Below are positions 41,802-51,242 of a DNA stretch of 64,000 nt, piece after piece. The translations under genes were made by a program, and so were the position numbers. The DNA is from an uncultured Gammaproteobacteria bacterium (lineage in GTDB: Bacteria; Pseudomonadota; Gammaproteobacteria; Arenicellales; JAANXG01), in contig CAMYMN010000015.1 in NCBI GenBank assembly GCA_947259395.1, forward strand, positions 8,915 through 72,914. Reading direction: 5' to 3'. Within the stretch, counting starts at the first letter, position 1, and each line of letters begins with the position of its first letter. The notes below the pieces were generated by a model, which ran no database searches, was not told the origin of the DNA, and was given only the letters and a program-made list of their open reading frames with translations.

Positions 41802-42325
41802 TTCTTGGTCAGACGGCGCAGAATCTCTCGAGCGACAGTGGCTGGCGGACGGTCGTCGGCGTTAACAACCAAGTCCGCTTCCTGGCGATACATGGGCTCG
41901 CGTACCTTCATTAGTGCCTCGAGTTTCTCACGTGGATTGTGGGTTTCGAGCAATGGGCGATTCTTTGCATCGCGCGTGCGTGCAAGTTGGGTATCGACCC
42001 CGGCGTGTAGATAGACAACGGTACCACTTTTACGCAGGTTCTTTCGATTGACTTCACTCAAGATGGCACCGCCCCCTGTGGCCAGCACCAGATTTTGCCC
42101 CTTCAACAGCTCCTGTAGCATCGCCGTCTCGCGTTTACGAAAGCCGTCTTCCCCCTCGATCTCAAATATGACACTGATGGCGACCCCGGTCCGCGCCTCG
42201 ATTTCATGATCCGAGTCCACGAATTCCATCTTCAGTTGTTTGGCCAACTGCCGACCAATGGTAGTTTTCCCTACGCCCATCGGTCCAATCAATATGAGGT
42301 TACGGATCACTGGCTCAACCGCCAT
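41798..42325 (-). CDS. aroK: shikimate kinase
   Basis: 175 aa. Walker [16 protein letters not shown] and the GGG motif LATGGGAIL. Confidence 0.95.
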   Translation of the reverse strand: MAVEPVIRNLILIGPMGVGKTTIGRQLAKQLKMEFVDSDHEIEARTGVAISVIFEIEGEDGFRKRETAMLQELLKGQNLVLATGGGAILSEVNRKNLRKSGTVVYLHAGVDTQLARTRDAKNRPLLETHNPREKLEALMKVREPMYRQEADLVVNADDRPPATVAREILRRLTKK

Positions 42326-42440
42326 TCATGATGGCGTTCTATAACCCGACTCAGACTGAGTACCGAGCAGACGTGTCGCTGCAAAACTCCGCAGGCGTTG
42401 GTGAAAGGCAGCCGGTGCTGGCTTTCGAGGGCCCAGTTGA

Positions 42441-45104
42441 TTAACCGATATTCAAGGCCGGGCTGATGATGCGCGGCGTTAAGAAGATCAGCAGCTCGAT
42501 CCGGTTGTCGCGCACGGTCTTTCTCCGAAACATAGCACCCAATACCGGAATGTCACCTAGGATCGGCACTTTGGTAATACCACGGGCCTCATCCTGCTGG
42601 TAGATGCCGCCGATCACCGCGGTTTCGCCGTTTTCCAGTAATACCTGAGTGCGAACCTGCTTGGTGTTGATGGTGTCGGTGCCGTCGCCGACGAACGAGT
42701 CCTGAGTAATGAATACGTCCATAATGATATTGTCGTCCGGAGTTATCTGCGGCGTCACCGTGAGTCCCAACACCGCCTTCTTGGTTACCACGCTGCCTAC
42801 CCCGAGTACATTGGTGGTGAACACGCGCTCTTGACCTTGTTCAATATGCGCCTCTTTTTGGTTCGCCGTGATCAAGCGTGGGTTGGCGATGAGTTTGCCT
42901 TGGCCCTCGGCCTCCAGCGCCGACAATTCGAGGCTGATCAGATGGGCAAATCCGGTCCCGGCCTTGAAGATTTCAAACACATAAGATGCCGCCGGATCGT
43001 TGCCGATCCCCACTGCCGGTAGATTGACCGCCAGGCCGTCGGGCAGGGTCTCGAAGATGAGCCCGGGTTCATCATCGTTTAAAGAGTCGGCAATCGTTTC
43101 CGTGCCGGCGAAGGTGCCGCTGGTAATGACTTCGCCGATGTTCGAGTCCTTGATGCCCGGAAAACGCGCATCTTGCGTGAGCCGTTGAAATCCAAACCTG
43201 GCGCCAAGTTCGCGGCTAAAGTTGTCATTGGCCTCTACGATGCGGGTCTCAATCAGTACCTGGCGCACCGGCTTATCAAGTTTCGCAATCAGTTTACGTA
43301 CCTCTGCGATCTTACGGGCGGTATCCTGGATCAGAATCGAATTCGTGCGTTGGTCGACGGTGACGTTGCCGCGCGGTGACAATAACGAGTTACTTACTGT
43401 TTCGACCTGGGCAATGCTGACGCTGCCGAACAGCGACTGTTGGACGCCGGTGTCCACGGCCTTGATAGACCGCAACAGCTTAGCGATGTCATCGGCTTTG
43501 GCGTAGTTCACTTGGATCAGCTCCGAGACCAGCGGTTCCAATTCAACAACTTGTTGGTTAGCCTCGAGTTCTGCCCGCTCACGAGAGGCGATTTCGTTAG
43601 CCGGAGCGACCCACACCACGTTACCCTTTTGGCGCATGCCCAGGCCCCGGGTCTGAAGGATGATGTCCAAGGCCTGATCCCACGGCACGTCTTTTAAACG
43701 CAGTGTGAGTTCACCCTTGACGGAATCGCTGGTAACGAAGTTGAGTCCGGTAAAATCGGCGATCACTTGCAATGCGGCGCGTACACTGATCTTTTGAAAG
43801 TTGAGTGACAGCCGCTCGCCCGAGTAACCAAACTCGTCTTTTTGGACCTCTTTTTCTTCTTCAACAATCGGATTGACATTGATGGTGAACACGTTGCCGG
43901 CCTGATAGGCCAAATGTTCGTAGTTGCCTGTGGGTAGGACCACCATACGTACATGTTTACCCTGCTGAAACGTGTCAATCGACTGCACGGGGGTCGCAAA
44001 GTCGACGACATCAAGCCTGCGTTCGAGCTCAGATTTAATCTTGGCATCCAGAAAATCAACAATGATTTCGCCTGCTTCTTCGCGGATATCGATGCCAACG
44101 GTTGGATCTGACAATTCGACGATGATCTTACCGCCGCCTTCCTTGTTGCGACGAAAGTCCACGCGGTCGATATTGTGCGTCGCAGCATCGCTTCCCTTGG
44201 CAAAACGCGTGGTCTTTGGCGTCACCGTTCGGGCGATACCCGTGGCCACGCTTTCGATGATGAGTACCATGCCATCGTCGTTGATCTGGGTGTCGTAGGA
44301 TACGGGTCGTACCAGATTCAGCACGACGCGTGTGCGGTCGTCGGTTTCGACCGTGGCGATACTTTCGACAGCCCCGCTTTTCACGCTTATGACTTTACGT
44401 GGCAGGGCGCTGCGCGAGCCAAAAAAATCGAAGGCCAATCGGGCTGGTTTGTTGGTGCTGAAACTGCCGGGGGTGTCCGGACGCGATGCGGTGCGTATGT
44501 TTATCTGCACCCGTCCGCCCGGTAGCGGCGAAAATTTGATGTCTTGGATAACATTGCCGGCGGGGGGAGCGTCCGATGGTAGCGATGGGACGTCTTGACC
44601 GGGTGCCTGCGCAACCATCACCGGTTCCGGTTTTTCCGGCACCGAAGGTGTGCTCGCCGTGTCCGTGTCGTTGTGGGTCGCGGCCGGTGGCTTTACGGTG
44701 ACCGCCGGTTTGTCGCCGATCATCGGGTTGACCATAAATCCGTAGTCCGTCGCTTGTACTACCAGGGTTCCGGGTTCGCGCATTAATAAATCCACATGCA
44801 CCGCCCGCCCGTTGTCCGCGAGGTATGGAAATACGCCTTTGACTGCACCCTGACCGGTGATATCAACCGCATTGCTATTCAAGGTGGTGTCGTCGAAGCT
44901 GACCCTGAGGCGGCGGCCTCGGTCCAGGATTTCGGTGCGGTGGGAAGTCTGACCTTCCATGTCGATGCGTAAGAAAGTGGTATCAGTGCCTTGGCTCCAA
45001 CTGAGGGACCTTAGTTCCGTCGCTTGCCCTAGTAGTGGGCTCCCTGCCAGTATCAAAGTCGACAGTGCGGCAATTCGCAGCGAGGCAGTTCGAACCGTTT
45101 TCAT
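42441..45104 (-). CDS. pilQ: type IV pilus secretin PilQ (887 aa form with three AMIN-like N-terminal modules)
   Basis: From ATG 45104: signal peptide MKTVRTASLRIAALSTLILAG. AMIN-like repeats, an N0/STN region (ISVRAALQVIADFTGLNFV), and a C-terminal secretin domain (VPILGDIPVLGAMFRRK). The ORF-track start 45182 overlaps pilP. Confidence 0.9.
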   Translation of the reverse strand: MKTVRTASLRIAALSTLILAGSPLLGQATELRSLSWSQGTDTTFLRIDMEGQTSHRTEILDRGRRLRVSFDDTTLNSNAVDITGQGAVKGVFPYLADNGRAVHVDLLMREPGTLVVQATDYGFMVNPMIGDKPAVTVKPPAATHNDTDTASTPSVPEKPEPVMVAQAPGQDVPSLPSDAPPAGNVIQDIKFSPLPGGRVQINIRTASRPDTPGSFSTNKPARLAFDFFGSRSALPRKVISVKSGAVESIATVETDDRTRVVLNLVRPVSYDTQINDDGMVLIIESVATGIARTVTPKTTRFAKGSDAATHNIDRVDFRRNKEGGGKIIVELSDPTVGIDIREEAGEIIVDFLDAKIKSELERRLDVVDFATPVQSIDTFQQGKHVRMVVLPTGNYEHLAYQAGNVFTINVNPIVEEEKEVQKDEFGYSGERLSLNFQKISVRAALQVIADFTGLNFVTSDSVKGELTLRLKDVPWDQALDIILQTRGLGMRQKGNVVWVAPANEIASRERAELEANQQVVELEPLVSELIQVNYAKADDIAKLLRSIKAVDTGVQQSLFGSVSIAQVETVSNSLLSPRGNVTVDQRTNSILIQDTARKIAEVRKLIAKLDKPVRQVLIETRIVEANDNFSRELGARFGFQRLTQDARFPGIKDSNIGEVITSGTFAGTETIADSLNDDEPGLIFETLPDGLAVNLPAVGIGNDPAASYVFEIFKAGTGFAHLISLELSALEAEGQGKLIANPRLITANQKEAHIEQGQERVFTTNVLGVGSVVTKKAVLGLTVTPQITPDDNIIMDVFITQDSFVGDGTDTINTKQVRTQVLLENGETAVIGGIYQQDEARGITKVPILGDIPVLGAMFRRKTVRDNRIELLIFLTPRIISPALNIG

Positions 45105-45142
45105 AGTATTTGGTCCCAGTGGTTGAGTCTTCTTTATTCGAC

Positions 45143-45655
45143 TTATTTTACGATCGCAATAGTGGAATCCCGCTCTACCCAATTACCGCCCGGGCCTTGA
45201 ACGATTTCTTTGATATCCAATTTTTCATCGGCAACTGTCATAATTTGTCCAAAATTCTGACCGAGATAGTTTCCTTCGCCGGCTCGATGAATGGTTCCAT
45301 CGGGTGCGTGGATCACCGCCCACGATGCGTCACCGCGACTCAGTGTACCGACCATTCTCAAAGAATCTAACGGGTACTGCTCCAACGGTTCTTTTCGCCG
45401 ATCGAGATCTGGACTCAAACCGCTGCCAGCTGCCATTGGTTTGCGCTTAACCAAGTTTCCGCGAGAAAAAGGATCCGTCAAGTTCGTTGCTGTGTATGAG
45501 TAGCTCTCATACGGCCGGATACGAGGCAGTGGCTCGACACGCGGTTTTCGATCCTTATGAGCCTCTTTGACAAATCGATGCAGGTCGCGCATGTCGCCCT
45601 CGGTGCACCCGATAAGCAACATGGAAACAAACAAAACTGTGATGCAGCGAGCCAT
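45143..45655 (-). CDS. pilP: type IV pilus assembly lipoprotein PilP
   Basis: 170 aa. Lipobox MLLIGC. Sits in the pilMNOPQ operon position. Confidence 0.8.
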   Translation of the reverse strand: MARCITVLFVSMLLIGCTEGDMRDLHRFVKEAHKDRKPRVEPLPRIRPYESYSYTATNLTDPFSRGNLVKRKPMAAGSGLSPDLDRRKEPLEQYPLDSLRMVGTLSRGDASWAVIHAPDGTIHRAGEGNYLGQNFGQIMTVADEKLDIKEIVQGPGGNWVERDSTIAIVK

Positions 45656-45661
45656 ATCGGA

Positions 45662-46300
45662 TTATCTTCTTCGACGCCGTTTTTTACTCTTAATAGCTGC
45701 CTGTTTCCGCCGCTGGATCTGATCTTCGTCCAAGTAATGATAAGTCTTGGTCGTGGCCGACATCGTCAGTTTGTCTGTGCCCTTGATCGGCGTCAGGTTC
45801 AGATCACCGATGGTCACGATGCGTGGCAGCGAAGCCAGATCGCTGACAAATTCACCGAGTTGATGATAACTTCCGCTGACCGCCAGACTTATGGGCATTT
45901 CCGCGTAAAAGTCTTCTTGCCGGGTTTTTTTCGGCTTAAATGTTTGAAACTGTAATCCACGCCCGAGTCCTGCCTGGGTTATATCGATCAACAGCTCCGG
46001 CACCTCCGTTTTGTCGGGCAATTGCTTGAGCATCACGCCGAAGGTATCTTCGATCTCCTTCATTTGTTGACGGTAGGCGCCAAGGTTGATCGCCAGCGCC
46101 TTTTTCTTAAGGTAAGAATCTTTGAGCTGTGCCTCTTGGCGCTGAGCTTTCTGTAGATCGACATACTGGTCCTTAATAATAAACCAATATCCCGCCGCCA
46201 GTATCGCGATGCAAATCACCCCGGTGCCGGTTAGTTTCAACCACAGCGGCCAGGACCCAATGTCATTGATGTCAATTTCTTGTAAGTCGCTAAGTGCCAT
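45662..46300 (-). CDS. pilO: type IV pilus assembly protein PilO
   Basis: 212 aa. Single TM helix, coiled coil and PilO-like core. Operon position fits. The C-terminus is basic (KKRRRRR). Confidence 0.85.
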   Translation of the reverse strand: MALSDLQEIDINDIGSWPLWLKLTGTGVICIAILAAGYWFIIKDQYVDLQKAQRQEAQLKDSYLKKKALAINLGAYRQQMKEIEDTFGVMLKQLPDKTEVPELLIDITQAGLGRGLQFQTFKPKKTRQEDFYAEMPISLAVSGSYHQLGEFVSDLASLPRIVTIGDLNLTPIKGTDKLTMSATTKTYHYLDEDQIQRRKQAAIKSKKRRRRR

Positions 46301-46304
46301 TTAC

Positions 46305-46895
46305 CTAACCCGTTGTCTTGGCGCCGGTCTTTTGATCAAGGGAAGCCTGCTTTTTCTTTTTTTCTTCCTTTACCTGCAGTGTAAATTTGCTAATTCGCGT
46401 TTCGCCGCTCGGTGTGACGTTGATGACGTTGAGATTGGGATTTGCAAACCAGTCCGACGAGTCGAGGTTTCGCATCAGGCTTGAAACCCGAGCGTTTGAT
46501 TGAGCGAAGCCGGCGAGAGTGATGTTATTACCTTTCTTTTTTAGACTAGTTAAATAAACCCCCTTGGGTAGTTTACGTACCAAGTCATCAAAAACATGCA
46601 CGATCTGAGTTCGGTTGGACTGAAGGCTCTGAATGACTTCCATACGTGCCAATAATGCTTCTTTACGCCGTTTGATTTCGCGAATTTCCTTTATTTGTCT
46701 GTCGAGTTTAACGGTCTCTTTTTTCAAGAAATTATTCCTGTTGCCCTGGAACTCGATGAGTCCATTCATATGCCACCAGCCATAAAAAACTACTAAACCC
46801 ATTAACATCCATGCAAGACCACTCCCCGTTAGGAGTTGTCGATCCCGTTCGCGGCGACGTATCTCTCGCCATGGCAATAGGTTAATTTTGGTCAT
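46305..46895 (-). CDS. pilN: type IV pilus assembly protein PilN
   Basis: 196 aa. Conserved N-terminus MTKINLLPWREIRRRER. ATGA overlap with pilM. Confidence 0.85.
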   Translation of the reverse strand: MTKINLLPWREIRRRERDRQLLTGSGLAWMLMGLVVFYGWWHMNGLIEFQGNRNNFLKKETVKLDRQIKEIREIKRRKEALLARMEVIQSLQSNRTQIVHVFDDLVRKLPKGVYLTSLKKKGNNITLAGFAQSNARVSSLMRNLDSSDWFANPNLNVINVTPSGETRISKFTLQVKEEKKKKQASLDQKTGAKTTG

Positions 46896-47953
46896 GAATC
46901 AAAACTCCGCAACGCCAATCCGCATGCCACCATTAGTGACGAAGCGTCGCCGCTGATTAATTGTGGTTTTATACGAGAGGATAGGGACATGCTGGAAAAG
47001 GGATTGGCGATTGTTGTCGGTACATTCAATCGATCGGAAATCAGCTCGTCGATGCCTGAGATCTGTGCACAACCACCGGCAAGCAGTATCTGGTCGACAG
47101 CATTAAAAGGAGTGGAAGAATAAAAGAACTGCAGCGCACGCATTGTTTCCTGGCACATTGCCTCCATGAACGGCTGTAAAATATCGGGCTGATAATTGTC
47201 GGGTAATCCACCGACTTTCTTAGCTAGACCTGCTTCCTCATATGACAATCCATATCGCCGTTGAATTTCTTCGGTAAGCTGCCGGCCGCCAAAGGTGTGA
47301 TCACGCGTGTACACTGAGCGGTTATTGTGCATCACGTTCATGTGCGCCGTGGTGGCGCCAAAATCCAGCACCGCGATAGTCTTTTCCATGCCCCCACCAG
47401 GCATCTGCCTTGCGATCAGCGTATACGCGTTTTCCATCGCAAACGCGTCTACGTCGATGATTTCGGGCTTCAACCCGGAACGTTCGACCACCGCGATGTA
47501 ATCATCCACGATCTCCTTGCGGCAAGCAGCAAGAATGACCTCATCTTCGTTGGCGTTGGTTTCGGACGGTCCCACGACCTCGAAATCGAGATTCACCTCC
47601 TCTAGGGGGTAGGGGATATAGTGATCCGCTTCGGTCTCGATCTGGGTCTCCATATCCTGTTCTTTCAGGCCGCTGGGCATAGTGATGGTCTTGGTGATGA
47701 CATGAGATGCGGACACCGCCACTGCCACGTCTTTGGTTTTTGTCCCCGCGCGCTTGACCACGCGATCCACCGACCGACCCACCTGCTCAACGTCGGTGAT
47801 CGCGTTTTCCATCATTGCGTTCTGCGGCAACGCCTCCACCGCGTAGCGTTCGACCCGGTAATGGCCGCCACTTTTGTTCAGCTCCAGCAGCTTCACTGCG
47901 GAAGAGCTGATGTCGATTCCAATGAGATTTGGCCGCTTTTTCTGGAACAGCAA
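46892..47953 (-). CDS. pilM: type IV pilus assembly ATPase-fold protein PilM
   Basis: 353 aa. LIGIDISSSAVKLLEL actin-like fold N-terminus. TTG is the only in-frame start after the upstream stop at 48014-48016. Confidence 0.9.
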   Translation of the reverse strand: MLFQKKRPNLIGIDISSSAVKLLELNKSGGHYRVERYAVEALPQNAMMENAITDVEQVGRSVDRVVKRAGTKTKDVAVAVSASHVITKTITMPSGLKEQDMETQIETEADHYIPYPLEEVNLDFEVVGPSETNANEDEVILAACRKEIVDDYIAVVERSGLKPEIIDVDAFAMENAYTLIARQMPGGGMEKTIAVLDFGATTAHMNVMHNNRSVYTRDHTFGGRQLTEEIQRRYGLSYEEAGLAKKVGGLPDNYQPDILQPFMEAMCQETMRALQFFYSSTPFNAVDQILLAGGCAQISGIDELISDRLNVPTTIANPFSSMSLSSRIKPQLISGDASSLMVACGLALRSFDS

Positions 47954-48109
47954 GAGGATTAGCCCTTTATATCCGTTAGTTATGGGTGCAAGATGCCAAC
48001 TTACGTTAGCTAGTCAATGCAAATATAGACGATCAGATCAGGACTGACAAATGCTATCGGACGTTTTTTTGCTACCTGTAGTAAGCTTAGCCGTGATCTC
48101 AATATTGTC

Positions 48110-50539
48110 ATGTCAGCTGTGATCCGCACCCTGTTTCGCGTCATCCTTGGACTGGTAATCGGCCTCGTTGGGGTGGCGCTGGCGGCGGGGGTGGCGATCG
48201 CATTATTCACCGTGTCGCTATTGCCCGAGCTTCCAGCCGTGGAGTCCTTGAGAGATGTGCAGCTCAAGGTGCCACTGCGCGTTTTTTCTGCCGATGGAAG
48301 GCTAATGGCGGAGTACGGTGAGGAACGCCGCGAGCCAGTCAGTATAGAATCTACGCCCGCACAGTTGGTCAACGCTGTGCTCGCGGCTGAAGACGATTCC
48401 TTCTACCGTCACCCAGGTGTAGATATGACCGGCGTCGTCCGCGCCGCTTTGGCTAATCTTCGCTCCAGGGGTCACGAGCAGGGCGCTAGCACCATCACCA
48501 TGCAGGTGGCGCGGAATTATTTTTTGACCCCAGAGAAAACGTACGTACGAAAATTGAAGGAGGTCTTGTTGGCGTTCCGAATTGAGCGGGCGCTAACCAA
48601 AGACCAGATTCTGGATCTTTACATCAATAAGATTTTTCTTGGCAATCGTGCTTATGGTTTTGGTGCCGCGGCACGTGTGTATTACGGCAAATCCCTCAAC
48701 GACTTAACACTGGCGCAGATTGCCATGCTTGCCGGGTTGCCGAAGGCTCCCTCACGCGACAATCCGTTTGCCAATCCCGACAACGCCATCAAACGACGTG
48801 ACTACGTTTTACGGCGTATGCATCAACTGGGTCATATTACCAACGATGAGTTTCGGGGAGCCAGCGGTGCGGCAATCACCGCCAGCAAACACATCGCGAA
48901 GGTCGATGTGCAAGCGCCGTATGTCGCGGAGATGGCTCGTGTGCACATGCTGAGTCGATACGGAGAAGAAGCCTACTGGCGGGGCTTTAAGGTGTATACG
49001 ACGATTCGCCCCGGACTGCAGCGCATCGCCGACCGCGCACTACGTAAAGGGTTGAAACGTTACGATCAACGACACGGTTTCCGCGGACCGGTTAGTTATT
49101 ACAAATTGAGTGACTCGACCACCGTGGAAGATATGGATCGAAGGCTTAGCAAGGTTCCGCAAAGTGGCGAAGTGTTACCGGCGATAGTGATCGCGGTTGA
49201 AGACAAAAGCGCGAAGCTGTACACCCGGAGTCGTCAAATTGTAGATTTAGAGTGGTCCGGGATGTCGTGGGCCAAGCGTCATATCAATTACAATACCGTC
49301 GGACCCGAACCCGAGTCTGCGCGAGACATCATCAAGGTAGGTGACGTTGTTTACGCAGAGAAAAACGACAAAGAGAAATGGCGCCTGGTCCAGTTGCCAG
49401 AAGTTGCCGGGGCTTTGGTGTCTTTGCGGCCAGAGGATGGTGCCATATTGGCTTTGAACGGCGGATTTGATTTTTATCTGAGTAAGTTTAACCGCGCCAT
49501 TCAAGCGCAGCGTCAGCCCGGGTCTAATATAAAACCGTTCATTTACTCTGCGGCATTGGAGCATGGGTTTACTCCGGCAACGCTGGTAAGTGGCGCGCCT
49601 ATTGTAGTCCCCGATAGCAGTGACAGTACAGTATGGCGACCGGAGAACTACAGCGGTAAGTTTTTCGGACCCACTCGACTGCGCAAGGCGTTGAGTCTGT
49701 CGCTTAACCTGGTTTCGGTGCGGATTGTGCGGGCAATCGGAATCGAACCCGTAATTGATCATTTGACCAAATTCGGTTTTGAACGGAGCCGTTTGCCCAA
49801 CGGTTTATCTTTGGCTCTCGGTGCGGGGTCCATCTCACCGCTGGAGGTGGTTCGGGCCTACGCAGTATTTGCCAATGGTGGATTTCGGATAGAGCCTTAT
49901 TTTATCGACTGGGTGGAAGACCGGCACGGGAATGTGGTGGAGCAGGCAAACCCGGCAATCATCTGTCGTGCCTGTTCGCGCCCTCCGGCTACCGACAACA
50001 CTGTCGAACCTCTGTCGCGGCCACACCGGGCAAAACGAGTCCTGCGCGCGGATAATCACTTCCTCATGACAAGTATGATGCGGGATGTCATACGCACTGG
50101 AACCGGGAGGCGCGCGCTAACTCTGGGAAGAACTGACCTTGCCGGCAAGACCGGTACGACCAATGACTTTCGTGACGCCTGGTTTTCCGGTTTCAATTCG
50201 GACGTGGTGACGACGGCATGGGTCGGTTTCGATGATCCTGTGACCCTTGGTCGTGGTGAAGCCGGTTCCCGGGCGGCGTTGCCGATATGGATCGATTATA
50301 TGCGTGTCGCATTGCAGGGTTCGCAACCGCAGTCGTCGCCGGTTCCCGACAACATCGTAAGTAGATTCGTCTCCACCGAAACCGGGAAATCCACCCTGGA
50401 GTCCGACCCGCAGGCATATGAGGAGTTTTTTATGGCCGGCACGGAGCCGGCGCCAGCGGTAGCCGGTTCCCTGCAATTGGATGGTTCGTCCTCTGTGGGG
50501 AAATCACCGGCGGCGCCGGTGCCGGAGGGTTTGTTTTAG
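48110..50539 (+). CDS. mrcA: penicillin-binding protein 1A (bifunctional transglycosylase/transpeptidase)
   Basis: 809 aa. TM anchor. GT51 motifs EDDSFYRHPG and GASTITMQ. Transpeptidase motifs SNIK (SxxK) and KTGTT. Divergent from pilM, as in many gammaproteobacteria. Confidence 0.9.
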   Translation: MSAVIRTLFRVILGLVIGLVGVALAAGVAIALFTVSLLPELPAVESLRDVQLKVPLRVFSADGRLMAEYGEERREPVSIESTPAQLVNAVLAAEDDSFYRHPGVDMTGVVRAALANLRSRGHEQGASTITMQVARNYFLTPEKTYVRKLKEVLLAFRIERALTKDQILDLYINKIFLGNRAYGFGAAARVYYGKSLNDLTLAQIAMLAGLPKAPSRDNPFANPDNAIKRRDYVLRRMHQLGHITNDEFRGASGAAITASKHIAKVDVQAPYVAEMARVHMLSRYGEEAYWRGFKVYTTIRPGLQRIADRALRKGLKRYDQRHGFRGPVSYYKLSDSTTVEDMDRRLSKVPQSGEVLPAIVIAVEDKSAKLYTRSRQIVDLEWSGMSWAKRHINYNTVGPEPESARDIIKVGDVVYAEKNDKEKWRLVQLPEVAGALVSLRPEDGAILALNGGFDFYLSKFNRAIQAQRQPGSNIKPFIYSAALEHGFTPATLVSGAPIVVPDSSDSTVWRPENYSGKFFGPTRLRKALSLSLNLVSVRIVRAIGIEPVIDHLTKFGFERSRLPNGLSLALGAGSISPLEVVRAYAVFANGGFRIEPYFIDWVEDRHGNVVEQANPAIICRACSRPPATDNTVEPLSRPHRAKRVLRADNHFLMTSMMRDVIRTGTGRRALTLGRTDLAGKTGTTNDFRDAWFSGFNSDVVTTAWVGFDDPVTLGRGEAGSRAALPIWIDYMRVALQGSQPQSSPVPDNIVSRFVSTETGKSTLESDPQAYEEFFMAGTEPAPAVAGSLQLDGSSSVGKSPAAPVPEGLF

Positions 50540-50576
50540 GTGTCTCTGCGTCCTCATCCGGGATCCTTGGTGCGTT

Positions 50577-51242
50577 ATGCGGACTAGACAAATCAACGTA
50601 ACCCGTCGTTCCAGCGGCGGTAAACGGAATCGTCTCGACGAACATAAACGCCGGGCCGTCTGTGAGGAGGCCGCGCGTATCATGGCCGAGGAGTCGGTTC
50701 GCAACTACCAGATTGCGAAACACAAGGCTTGTATGCGTCTGGGATACGATCATCGACGTACCCCGTTGCCGACTAATCGGGAAATAGAGTCCGCTTTCGC
50801 TACGCGATTGAGATTGTTTCGCGGCAATTCCTTGCCTGACGAATTGCGCTGTGGTCGGCAGCGGGCCGCTGAGATTATGCGTTTATTTGCTCCGTTCCAA
50901 CCCCGGCTGGTTGGTGCGTTGCTACGCGGCAATGTGACGGATGATACGCCAATCCAACTTCATTTATTTGCAGATAATCCAGAAGAAGTTGTGGCTCATC
51001 TCGATCAAAATCAAATTCCATGCCAGACGTTCGACAAGCGAGTGCGTTTCGCGGGGAATCGATTCGTCCAGATTCCCGGTTTCCGGTTTAGTGTTGACCA
51101 TGGCATGGTCGAGCTCTTGACCTTTAACCGCAAACAATTACGGGAACCACCCATATGCCCGGTGGATCGCAAGCCGATGAAGCGTGCCAGCCTGAGCGCC
51201 GTTGAAAGACTGGTTGTGGAGCAGTTGTCAGACTTGGGTTGA
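50577..51242 (+). CDS. hypothetical protein (221 aa) with a degenerate minimal-nucleotidyltransferase-like segment
   Basis: From ATG 50577: basic N-terminus MRTRQINVTRRSSGGKRNR. The segment LVGALLRGNVTDDTPIQLHLFAD resembles the hG[GS]-x9-13-DxD NTase motif, but with Q/H in place of the Asp pair. The 3' end overlaps the topA 3' end by 15 nt. Confidence 0.5.
   Translation: MRTRQINVTRRSSGGKRNRLDEHKRRAVCEEAARIMAEESVRNYQIAKHKACMRLGYDHRRTPLPTNREIESAFATRLRLFRGNSLPDELRCGRQRAAEIMRLFAPFQPRLVGALLRGNVTDDTPIQLHLFADNPEEVVAHLDQNQIPCQTFDKRVRFAGNRFVQIPGFRFSVDHGMVELLTFNRKQLREPPICPVDRKPMKRASLSAVERLVVEQLSDLG

Noticed and set aside
45105-45182. 26-codon upstream extension of pilQ
   Set aside because: It overlaps the pilP 3' end. 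The canonical signal peptide starts at ATG 45104.
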